From: Eubacteriales bacterium
GTDB taxonomy: Bacteria > Bacillota > Clostridia > Oscillospirales > SIG627
Assembly (NCBI GenBank): GCA_045595105.1
Contig: JAZNZV010000165.1
Location: 1 to 39,688, forward strand
Length of the DNA stretch: 39,688 nucleotides
Direction: 5' to 3'
Shown: positions 1 through 6,668 of the stretch, one piece after another
How positions within the stretch are numbered: the stretch's first letter is position 1
Layout: the number at the start of each line of letters is the position of its first letter
Program-made: the position numbers and the translations under genes
Notes under the pieces: generated by a model
The model's input: only the letters and a program-made list of their open reading frames with translations
The model's database searches: none
What the model was told of the DNA's origin: nothing

Positions 1-141
1 TATCTACCCAACGAGTAGCAACAGAAAAGTGTACTGTTCCGTCCTGCTTGAACATCTTGTACACCACAGTAACCATGTTGTCGAGTTCTACCTTTGCATC
101 GTCACCGCTTTCCTCAAAGGTATCGTTATCACCGATAATGA
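1..141. repeat. Terminal direct repeat, copy 1 (identical to 39548..39688)
   Basis: Base-by-base comparison: 141/141 identical. Confidence 0.97.
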
Positions 142-727
142 GTGATATCTTGTCCTCACTCAAGCCTTTACTCAAGGCAAACTCAACAGCATTGACAACG
201 GGCATCCTCTTACGGATAAGGATATAAGGCTGATTCTGTATATCGTCATCGTTCTCGTTGCCGTAATAGACATCGTTTTTCTTAACGATCTCATTGACGG
301 GAGTCATTTTCTCTTCGTCAAAGTCAACGTAGATAATGCCCTCGTCATTGATTGCGCTGTCCTTTGTGACTCTGCGCCCTTTGAAATCCATCTTGTCACG
401 TTCCCAAATACGAGCAACGTATCCGTTCAGCAAGTCTGTATATCTCTCTGCTTGCTTGCGGAAGGATGGATTCTCATAGTTCTGTGACGAGTAATTGATA
501 GCGTATAGATTGTCATGTATAACAGAGCATTTATACTTGACAATAGGCTTGATAAAGTTCTTCTGTACGGGCTCTACATCACCGAGCTTTGCACCTTCCC
601 ATTGATTGCCGTTGTAAAAACGATAATTGCGGTCAGTATCGGTATATATTCCCGTCATCCTATGGTAGCTTCTGCCCTTCTCATATAAGCCCCATATAGG
701 TGTTTCTTTTATCTCTTGAATATCCAA
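1..727 (-). CDS. Portal protein, N-terminal part; gene is split by the window edge and continues at 39547 downward
   Basis: Open minus-strand frame from TTG 727 (RBS GGGGGTGA; alternative ATG 658) running off position 1. In frame with ORF 38490..39623 through the overlap: 727+1058 nt = 595 codons. Lies downstream of terL. Confidence 0.8.
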   Translation of the reverse strand, partial: MDIQEIKETPIWGLYEKGRSYHRMTGIYTDTDRNYRFYNGNQWEGAKLGDVEPVQKNFIKPIVKYKCSVIHDNLYAINYSSQNYENPSFRKQAERYTDLLNGYVARIWERDKMDFKGRRVTKDSAINDEGIIYVDFDEEKMTPVNEIVKKNDVYYGNENDDDIQNQPYILIRKRMPVVNAVEFALSKGLSEDKISLIIGDNDTFEESGDDAKVELDNMVTVVYKMFKQDGTVHFSVATRWVD

Positions 728-731
728 TTAA

Positions 732-983
732 TCACCCCCTCGGAACATCTCTCTGTCCGTTGCTTGTTCCGTCAAAGTTCTCTATGTTTCGCATGATGGT
801 ATCAATGCGTTCCTGCTCTTTCTCTGCTTCTCGTTTATCCTCTCTCTCTCGGATAATCTGCATAGGATTGAGCGTAGGTGTCTTTATATCTTCGCCTTTG
901 CTGACGGTCTGTCCTACCTTTGCGCCAACAAAAAAACACACTATGCAAAGTGTGCCGACTGTTAATGCTAATAATATCTCCAT
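732..983 (-). CDS. Small membrane protein (one N-terminal TM helix, charged tail) between terL and portal
   Basis: 83-aa ORF, RBS AAGGGGGA. Hydrophobic N-terminus ILLALTVGTLCIVCFFVGA. Confidence 0.7.
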   Translation of the reverse strand: MEILLALTVGTLCIVCFFVGAKVGQTVSKGEDIKTPTLNPMQIIREREDKREAEKEQERIDTIMRNIENFDGTSNGQRDVPRG

Positions 984-992
984 GTGTCCCCC

Positions 993-2453
993 TTAGACTA
1001 TCGTCATGGTCTCTCCGTAATCGTACTGTGTCTCGCTCTGTCTCTCAACGCTGAAGTGATACTGCGGATGCATCGGTATAGCTTCTTCGTTGAACACTAC
1101 TTGCTCGCGAATGTGATGCGCTATTGCAAGCCCCATCATCATATCATCGTGACCGCCCTCGGGAGCTTCAATTCTGCCTTTCTCGTTGCGTATTATCGTC
1201 AATAGTTCTTCGAGTGTATCTCTGTCATTGATAGTGTCGCAATGCTCTCTCACTATCTCAATAAGCCGTGATATTATTGTCGGTCTTGTAAGGCTCGTTG
1301 TCTTGAATCCGAATCGTTTCTCAGTCTTGCCTGTATAGGTGTCTTGTGCTTCTCTTGTGTATTGCTTTGGATATCCGAGACGTTGTAACTCCATTATCGG
1401 ATAACTGTCAAAGTTAGCTTCTATGCCTATAAGAGCATTGCTATAATAGACTCCAAGACAGTACATCTGCTTGGCGTATTGATCGGAGTCAAATTGATGC
1501 TTGAGTACAGCAACTTGTTTACCCGTCTTAGCATCGAGGACATGACCCGTAAAAAAGTCACTGCCCTCTCCTGCCGTATCACCACCGATACAGTACTGAG
1601 TAAATGCAGGTTGATTCGGTACGCTGTATATCTTGATATAGCCATTCTTGTCATTGACCCATTGTATATTGCTTATCTTGAGTCCGTCATAGTCATACTT
1701 GAAGTATCCCGTCTTTAATGCTCTCGGTATCTCCTCAAGCCTTGCTTGCAATGCTCTTGCATCAAACACAGTTTTACCGAGGATACCCCACTTGCCGAGA
1801 CAGTAAACATCGTAAGTGTACTCGTCTGTGTTCTTGAGGTCTTCAAGGGCTTTTCTATCATCATCCGTCAAGAATTTATTATCCTTGTACGTTGAGAAGC
1901 ATACTGTCGCAAGCCCTGAGTCAATAAAGTGTGCCTTTATCCAATGCTGTATGTTTATCGGGTTGAATGATAATACTATCTGCTTCTTGGATTTACCACC
2001 ACGCAAACGGACTTTAAGCTGATTGACATCTGCCTCTTGACACTCTGTAGCTTCTTCGATCCATATGTCAGTAAGCTCTCCGTTTGAATAGGTGATTGAC
2101 TTTACCTTCTCGATATCGTCCAAGCCTTTAAAAACAACCTCGTTGCCCGTCAGCTTGCACACTATACGCATATCGGACTCATTGACCTTGAAATGCTCCG
2201 ACAGATTCCAATTCGAGATAACTTGCTTTAGGAGAGGGAATGTACTCGTTCTGTTGGTGTCTCCCGTATTACGCACTACAAGCAAATTGCACCTTGTCGG
2301 ATGGATAAGCTTATATATATATCTCTGCGCTATAAAATAAGACTTACCACTACTACCACCACCATAGAACACAAGATATCTATCCGTGTTATCGAGATAC
2401 GGCAAATAGACATCGTTAAAGACCTTCTTGGATAGCTTTATATTGACATTCAT
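993..2453 (-). CDS. terL: Terminase large subunit (PBSX/Terminase_3-like)
   Basis: 486 aa. Walker A FYGGGSSGKS near the N-terminus. ATGA overlap with terS. C-terminal nuclease-like acidic motifs (GGDTAGEG, GGHDD). Confidence 0.9.
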   Translation of the reverse strand: MNVNIKLSKKVFNDVYLPYLDNTDRYLVFYGGGSSGKSYFIAQRYIYKLIHPTRCNLLVVRNTGDTNRTSTFPLLKQVISNWNLSEHFKVNESDMRIVCKLTGNEVVFKGLDDIEKVKSITYSNGELTDIWIEEATECQEADVNQLKVRLRGGKSKKQIVLSFNPINIQHWIKAHFIDSGLATVCFSTYKDNKFLTDDDRKALEDLKNTDEYTYDVYCLGKWGILGKTVFDARALQARLEEIPRALKTGYFKYDYDGLKISNIQWVNDKNGYIKIYSVPNQPAFTQYCIGGDTAGEGSDFFTGHVLDAKTGKQVAVLKHQFDSDQYAKQMYCLGVYYSNALIGIEANFDSYPIMELQRLGYPKQYTREAQDTYTGKTEKRFGFKTTSLTRPTIISRLIEIVREHCDTINDRDTLEELLTIIRNEKGRIEAPEGGHDDMMMGLAIAHHIREQVVFNEEAIPMHPQYHFSVERQSETQYDYGETMTIV

Positions 2454-2884
2454 TCATCGCTCAACTCTATGTTGATGTTGACCTCACTATTGACATCTGC
2501 CTCTATACTCTGTTTTTCTCTCCATCCCTCAAAATTGTTGGATAGGTTAAACTTAGCACCATTTACTCCGTCTCGGTCATAGAGTCTTTCTTCTGCATAT
2601 CTCTCTATTTTTGCTTTAGCTTCTAAAATCGTGTCATTAAAATCTTCACTTCTTGCTTGATAATTTAATAATGCTTGTCTTGATTTAAAACCTAAAGCTA
2701 ATGCTAATCCCGTAATAGTCAAAGGTTTGGAATTATATAAGATAGGCAATCCATACTTGTCATAGATTATATTACCATCAGCATCTTTAAGTATTTCACC
2801 TTTACAATCATTGAAATACTTATCTATCTTCTCTTGTAATTCCTCTACTGTACTATATTTAGGTGGTCTACCTAAATTATCCAT
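2450..2884 (-). CDS. terS: Terminase small subunit (Terminase_2-like)
   Basis: 144 aa. N-terminal GRPPKY followed by HTH-like PLTITGLALALGFKSRQALLNY. Directly upstream of and overlapping terL. Confidence 0.8.
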   Translation of the reverse strand: MDNLGRPPKYSTVEELQEKIDKYFNDCKGEILKDADGNIIYDKYGLPILYNSKPLTITGLALALGFKSRQALLNYQARSEDFNDTILEAKAKIERYAEERLYDRDGVNGAKFNLSNNFEGWREKQSIEADVNSEVNINIELSDE

Positions 2885-2940
2885 GATATATACACTCCTC
2901 TCTATATGAATATAAATATATATATTATTTATATATAATT

Positions 2941-3072
2941 AAGCAAAAAGAAAAAGCATGATGCAATCACCATAGGCGTTTTCGGGGAACGCCCTCAAAG
3001 GAGGAGAGTACTTGCCGAGAGTCACGCCCAAATGAACAAACAACGCTCGTCTCGGTGGTGATGTGCATATGC
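2941..3072 (-). ncRNA. Candidate structured 5' leader of the late operon: three-way junction closed by a ~15-bp helix, followed by a U-tract
   Basis: On the minus strand GCAUAUGCACAUCACC (3072-3057) pairs with GGUGAUUGCAUCAUGC (2971-2956), with two 1-nt bulges. Inner hairpins are CCGAGA/TCTCGG (3015-3020/3050-3055) and GGCGTT/AACGCC (2975-2980/2988-2993). Followed by UUUUUCUUUUUGCUU (2955-2941). No credible ORF. Confidence 0.35.
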
Positions 3073-3088
3073 TTTGATACAAATCGCT

Positions 3089-3094
3089 ATTATA
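3089..3094 (-). promoter_or_regulatory. Candidate -10 box (TATAAT) of the late promoter, lacking a recognisable -35
   Basis: TATAAT on the minus strand about 17 nt upstream of the structured leader. Upstream hexamer is poor (TGATTT), consistent with activator dependence. Confidence 0.2.
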
Positions 3095-3156
3095 TATATA
3101 TCATAGATTTAAAATCATATGTTATACAAGATTGTCACTCATTTTACATCTTTTTG

Positions 3157-3188
3157 CAAAATAAAAAGCACTTGCTCTCGCAAATGCT
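3157..3188 (-). terminator. Intrinsic terminator downstream of the RHH gene
   Basis: Minus strand: AGCATTTGC-gaga-GCAAGTGCT (one G:U pair) followed by TTTTTATTTT. Confidence 0.7.
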
Positions 3189-3196
3189 TTAAATGA

Positions 3197-3385
3197 TTAT
3201 TTTGAATCTCTTTCAATAGTTTCTTTTATTGCCCTTTGGATAAATCCGTTTACTGACTCATTGTGTTTATCGGCGTGAGCCTTGATGATATCTTTTTGCC
3301 CCTTTGGGATTGTTAAATAAATTCGGTCATACGCTTTGTTGTTGTATTTTTGTTTAGCCTGCCAAGATGTTTTACTTTTACTCAT
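3197..3385 (-). CDS. Ribbon-helix-helix (Arc/CopG-like) DNA-binding protein, divergent from the + strand cassette
   Basis: 62 aa. Pattern KYNNKAYDRIYLTIPKG..IIKAHA....SVNGFIQRAIKETIERD fits strand-helix-helix. RBS AAAGGAG. Confidence 0.7.
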   Translation of the reverse strand: MSKSKTSWQAKQKYNNKAYDRIYLTIPKGQKDIIKAHADKHNESVNGFIQRAIKETIERDSK

Positions 3386-3412
3386 TGTTTAACTCCTTTT
3401 ATTATTTTTCTC

Positions 3413-3442
3413 ATTATATCACAAATGCACATACTGTCGCAA
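3413..3442 (-). promoter_or_regulatory. Promoter of the RHH gene (TTGCGA-18-TATAAT with TGA extended -10)
   Basis: Minus strand TTGCGA (3442-3437) and TGATATAAT (3421-3413). Operator O1 overlaps the -35. Confidence 0.5.
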
Positions 3443-3446
3443 GTAT
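3431..3446. promoter_or_regulatory. Operator O1: ATACTG-N4-AAGTAT (one mismatch from a perfect palindrome)
   Basis: Same half-site and spacing as O2. Confidence 0.5.
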
Positions 3447-3451
3447 CAATT

Positions 3452-3481
3452 TGCACAAAAAACGTCCCGAAACTTTGTGCA
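3452..3481. promoter_or_regulatory. Inverted repeat TGCACAAA-N14-TTTGTGCA between the divergent promoters
   Basis: Perfect 8-bp arms. Sits at about -40 to -70 relative to the cassette promoter. Shares TTTTGTGC with a half-site near the cI promoter. Confidence 0.35.
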
Positions 3482-3491
3482 TCATTCCGTC

Positions 3492-3520
3492 TTGACATAC
3501 TGCCGACAGTATGCTACAAT
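3492..3520 (+). promoter_or_regulatory. Near-consensus sigma70-type promoter of the + strand cassette (TTGACA-17-TACAAT)
   Basis: TTGACA 3492-3497, 17-nt spacer, TACAAT 3515-3520. About 35 nt upstream of the first RBS. Confidence 0.7.
3497..3512. promoter_or_regulatory. Operator O2: perfect palindrome ATACTG-N4-CAGTAT (7-bp arms CATACTG/CAGTATG, 3496-3513) filling the promoter spacer
   Basis: Read directly from the sequence. Overlaps the -35/-10 spacer of the cassette promoter. Confidence 0.6.
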
Positions 3521-3555
3521 AGAGGCACACCAAACGGAACGAAAGGAAAACAGAA

Positions 3556-3666
3556 ATGAAACAAGAGTATATCGAAAAAATCAAAGCACAACTCGAACAA
3601 TGCAACGACCTCGCACTACTTGATTTAATATTTAAAATAATGGGGAAGGCGGAAAAAATAAGTGAT
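3556..3666 (+). CDS. Small leader ORF (36 aa, helical)
   Basis: ATG 3556 preceded by GAAAGGAAAA. MKQEYIEKIKAQLEQCNDLALLDLIFKIMGKAEKISD. Overlaps the GTG start of the next gene. Below the ORF-track size cutoff. Confidence 0.4.
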
Positions 3667-4057
3667 TGAAATATGGAAAGATATAAAAGGTTACGAAGGA
3701 CTTTACAAGATTAGCAATACTGGAAAAGTTTTTTCGTGTAGGCTCAACAGAGAAATGGCTATCAACAAGCAATATTATTTATCTATCAATTTAAGCAAGA
3801 ACGGTAAACAAAAACACTTTTACATTCATAGACTTGTAGCTGAAACTTTTATCCCTAACCCCGAAAACAAAACAGATGTAAATCACATCGACCACAACCC
3901 CCACAACGCCCGAGCTGATAATCTCGAATGGACAACGCATTCGGAAAATATTTCTAAGTATCTTGAAACCGATAAATTTAGAAAGCTACTCAAACGAGAA
4001 TACACAATCAATTATTATAAAAATTTTTATAAAAATAAAGGAGATACCCAAAAATGA
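3662..4057 (+). CDS. HNH homing endonuclease (NUMOD4 + HNH_3 type)
   Basis: N-terminus IEIWKDIKGYEGLYKISNTGKV (NUMOD4). NHIDHNPHNARADNLEWTTHSEN (HNH). GTG start. Visibly AT-rich. Confidence 0.8.
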   Translation: MIEIWKDIKGYEGLYKISNTGKVFSCRLNREMAINKQYYLSINLSKNGKQKHFYIHRLVAETFIPNPENKTDVNHIDHNPHNARADNLEWTTHSENISKYLETDKFRKLLKREYTINYYKNFYKNKGDTQK

Positions 4058-4560
4058 CTTACTTCACGAACCCCACCACCCTCGAAGAACTCAAAAAGGA
4101 ATATCGCAAGCTCGCCCTCAAGCATCATCCTGACTGCGGTGGAGACACCGAGACCATGAAGAAGGTAAATGCCGAGTACGACATCCTCTTTGCGAGACTC
4201 AAGAACGTACACAAGAACAAGGACGGCAAGACCTACGAAAAAGCAACCGATGAAACGCCCGATGCATTTAAAGATTTGATAACCGCCCTCATGAAGATGA
4301 ACGGCGTGACCATCGAGGTTATCGGCTCGTTTGTATGGGCATACGGCAACACAAAACAGTATCGTGACGAACTCAAAAAACTCGGCTTTAAGTGGCACAG
4401 CGTTAAAGAGTGTTGGTACAAAGCTCCTGACGGATACAGAAGATACAGCAAGCACGAGTACAGCATGGACGAGATAAGAGATATGTACGGTGTGCAGTAC
4501 GAAGGAACGGGCAAAGCAGAAGAGAAGACCTACAGAGACAACAATCAGTACATAGCATAA
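4054..4560 (+). CDS. J-domain (DnaJ-like) protein with a C-terminal W-rich module
   Basis: LEELKKEYRKLALKHHPDCGGD with the HPD tripeptide at 4126-4134. C-terminus IEVIGSFVWAYGNTKQYRDELKKLGFKWHSVKECWYK. RBS AAAGGAG, ATGA overlap. Confidence 0.8.
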   Translation: MTYFTNPTTLEELKKEYRKLALKHHPDCGGDTETMKKVNAEYDILFARLKNVHKNKDGKTYEKATDETPDAFKDLITALMKMNGVTIEVIGSFVWAYGNTKQYRDELKKLGFKWHSVKECWYKAPDGYRRYSKHEYSMDEIRDMYGVQYEGTGKAEEKTYRDNNQYIA

Positions 4561-4609
4561 ATTAAAACGCTGTCCTATCGGCAAGACGGGGAGAATAAGG
4601 AGAAACAAA

Positions 4610-5185
4610 ATGGGACAAAGAAGCCAAATTTATATCAGATATGAAAATAAACTTGTAGTAGCAAATTATTATGGTTGGAATTACGGCGAAAGAATGATAA
4701 GCCGTGCACGTGGCATTATAGAATGGATAAAGGAATACAGCCAATTTTCTTTTATATGGGAAGATAAAAGCTATATGACAAAATTAAGCCGAATATGTGA
4801 CACAAATTTTGATATGCGTGATGTTGTGATCAGTTGCGACATTATAAAGGAGTGGCGAGAAGAATTCCCGCAAGAGCCTTTTAATGATTATGTGTTTAAA
4901 TATCAAGACAATAACAACGGACAATTATTTATAGATGTCAAAAAAGGCTCAAGCATAAAATACGCTTTATCATATAATCCCAACTATGCAAAAATATTAA
5001 ATTGTGAAGATTATTTAAACGAGGATTTAGGGAAAGATTGGCAACTCCCAACAGAGTCACTAACACAAGAAGATATTGATATCTGCAAAATGAATATCAA
5101 GTATATTTCCGACAACGCCACGCTTATGACCGCCGAAGAATTATATAGCTTTGTTAATTTTGAATATCAACCCAAAGGAGAATAA
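4610..5185 (+). CDS. Hypothetical protein (191 aa)
   Basis: Strong RBS AAGGAG. No family recognised. Confidence 0.7.
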   Translation: MGQRSQIYIRYENKLVVANYYGWNYGERMISRARGIIEWIKEYSQFSFIWEDKSYMTKLSRICDTNFDMRDVVISCDIIKEWREEFPQEPFNDYVFKYQDNNNGQLFIDVKKGSSIKYALSYNPNYAKILNCEDYLNEDLGKDWQLPTESLTQEDIDICKMNIKYISDNATLMTAEELYSFVNFEYQPKGE

Positions 5186-5197
5186 AAGAGAACGAAA

Positions 5198-5386
5198 ATG
5201 GACTTCACAAAATACAGCACCGAAGAACTTAACGCAATGCATTCAACAGCTTTTTCGGAATATTACAGATTAGCAACACAACCCCGACCCTGCAATTATC
5301 AAAAAGGCATGAGGTTTCCCGACCTTGAAAAAGCAACCGAGAAATTAAACGCAATAACAGACGAGCTTGAAAGGAGAATGAAATGA
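5198..5386 (+). CDS. Hypothetical protein (62 aa)
   Basis: ORF in operon context; weak RBS. Confidence 0.55.
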   Translation: MDFTKYSTEELNAMHSTAFSEYYRLATQPRPCNYQKGMRFPDLEKATEKLNAITDELERRMK

Positions 5387-5625
5387 TAGAAAAACTCAGA
5401 GTCGGCACTGTGATACTTGATAAATACAACAGAAAACTTATAGTAGTTGAAAGCGTACAAAAAGCAGGAGCAAACGGAGAAGCGTACACACTCTATAATC
5501 TTTACCCGCCAACCCAAAAACCAAAAAAAGCAACAGAATACGGGCAATCGTTAGGATTATATTATGAGCCGTGTTTATATATAACAGATAGCACGTTAAA
5601 AGAAATAACAAAACAAGCCAACTGA
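5383..5625 (+). CDS. Hypothetical protein (80 aa)
   Basis: ATGA overlap with the upstream gene; RBS AAAGGAG. Confidence 0.65.
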   Translation: MIEKLRVGTVILDKYNRKLIVVESVQKAGANGEAYTLYNLYPPTQKPKKATEYGQSLGLYYEPCLYITDSTLKEITKQAN

Positions 5626-5687
5626 CGAGTCTTTGAGAATTAAGACGAAGCCCGAGCGGTCAATCTCGGGCAGAAAAGGAGAAGAAA

Positions 5688-5876
5688 ATGAATTTGCTCG
5701 TAAATTACAGATTCAGCACCATCGGAGATTTGAGAAGATGGTTAGAAAAGAGAATGTGGGATTTTGAAGGACCCGAAGAATTCTACGAATGGCTCTCAAA
5801 TTACTTTGACGAGGGCAACACAATGACCGTTCGCGGGGAAGAATACGACTATTGGGCTTGTTGGGAATTGGTATAA
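5688..5876 (+). CDS. Hypothetical protein (62 aa, W/E-rich)
   Basis: RBS AAAGGAG. Preceded by hairpin CCCGAG-N8-CTCGGG. Confidence 0.65.
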   Translation: MNLLVNYRFSTIGDLRRWLEKRMWDFEGPEEFYEWLSNYFDEGNTMTVRGEEYDYWACWELV

Positions 5877-5902
5877 GATTGGTATAAGAAAGGAGTAAGA
5901 AC

Positions 5903-6091
5903 ATGAAATTCTACGCAGTAGTAAGCACCTTCTATGATGACGGCAGGACAACGGCTAACACTTTTACAGTTTGTGCCGACAGCAAGCCCGAAAGCACGTT
6001 CAAAAGCACAAAAAGATATGACCAATACGTTGACTTTTTCAGCGACCCTGCGGAAGCAGAAGAATACCGACAAAATACATTGAGAGCATAA
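5903..6091 (+). CDS. Hypothetical protein (62 aa)
   Basis: RBS AAAGGAG. Confidence 0.65.
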   Translation: MKFYAVVSTFYDDGRTTANTFTVCADSKPESTFKSTKRYDQYVDFFSDPAEAEEYRQNTLRA

Positions 6092-6104
6092 AGGAGAATG
6101 CAAA

Positions 6105-6332
6105 ATGAGCAAACAAGACATTATCGAAACCATGAGCAAAAGAGAAACAAGCGAAGCCTTAAAGAGAGCAAAAGCAAAGTACAAAGGCGAGAAGGTCGAA
6201 ACGCTCCGTGTAGACCTCTTCCCGACAGACGAGGACATCAAGCAACGTATCGCAGAACGTGTTGCAGACGGAGAGCCTAAAGCAACGTATATCAAGAGAC
6301 TTGTCCGAGAGGATATCAAGAGAGGAGAATAA
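6105..6332 (+). CDS. Second ribbon-helix-helix-like protein, paralog-like to 3197..3385
   Basis: 75 aa. AKAKYKGEKVETLRVDLFPTDEDIKQRIAERV....ATYIKRLVREDIKRG aligns by eye with the 62-aa RHH protein. RBS AAAGGAG favours 6105 over the 6098 frame. Confidence 0.6.
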   Translation: MSKQDIIETMSKRETSEALKRAKAKYKGEKVETLRVDLFPTDEDIKQRIAERVADGEPKATYIKRLVREDIKRGE

Positions 6333-6335
6333 ACA

Positions 6336-6626
6336 ATGAGAGCAATACTTAAAAAGGTCGGGGAAGCACCCAAAATCATCGAGATCGAAAACACTCTTGA
6401 AGCACTTCAAGATGCGGTCGGTGGATGGATTGAAGCAATCTATCTTGACAACAACGCTGTACTGATTTGTGACGAAGAAGGTAAGCTCAAAGGGCTACCG
6501 AGCAATTTCGTGACATCAAGTGACATCATCGTCGGGGATGTGCTTTTCGTCAGCGTAGCCGATGAAGACTTCACCGACATCACCGCAGAAGCTGAGCAGA
6601 CTGTCATGGATTTGCTTGGAGAATAA
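6336..6626 (+). CDS. DUF3846-like protein
   Basis: 96 aa. EIENTLEALQDAVGGWIEAIY....ICDEEGKLKGLPSNF....IVGDVLFV matches the remembered DUF3846 pattern. RBS AGAGGAG. Confidence 0.6.
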   Translation: MRAILKKVGEAPKIIEIENTLEALQDAVGGWIEAIYLDNNAVLICDEEGKLKGLPSNFVTSSDIIVGDVLFVSVADEDFTDITAEAEQTVMDLLGE

Positions 6627-6643
6627 AAGACAAAAAAGAAACG

Positions 6644-6668
6644 GGGATAGGGCATAAAGCCTTATCCC
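6644..6668. terminator. Bidirectional intrinsic terminator between the convergent cassette and the late-regulator gene
   Basis: GGGATAGGGC-ataaa-GCCTTATCCC (one G:U pair) with T-runs on both sides. The stem overlaps the stop codon of 6662..7120. Confidence 0.75.

Noticed and set aside
3011-3057. Tiny + strand ORFs (7-9 codons) after the AAAGGAGGAGAG sequence inside the structured region
   Set aside because: The SD-to-ATG spacing is about 24 nt, and the TTG alternative gives only 7 codons. The purine run is better explained as one strand of the RNA structure on the opposite strand.
4027-4608. 193-aa - strand ORF opposite the J-domain gene; similar cases at 5849..6394, 35181..35924, 29088..29711, 30800..31417 and 7750..8142
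   Set aside because: All lie antisense to genes with strong RBSs and recognisable domains. Their translations are hydrophobic and low-complexity, and none has an RBS.
6098-6280. Alternative-frame 60-aa ORF overlapping the second RHH gene
   Set aside because: The Arg-rich translation has no fold signature. The RBS AAAGGAG is spaced correctly for ATG 6105, not 6098.
6641-6650. Shared ACGGGGATAG / GCGGGGATAG start of two terminators (6641 and 19344)
   Set aside because: Only about 9 nt are shared. Loops and distal arms differ, and GC-rich stems converge easily.
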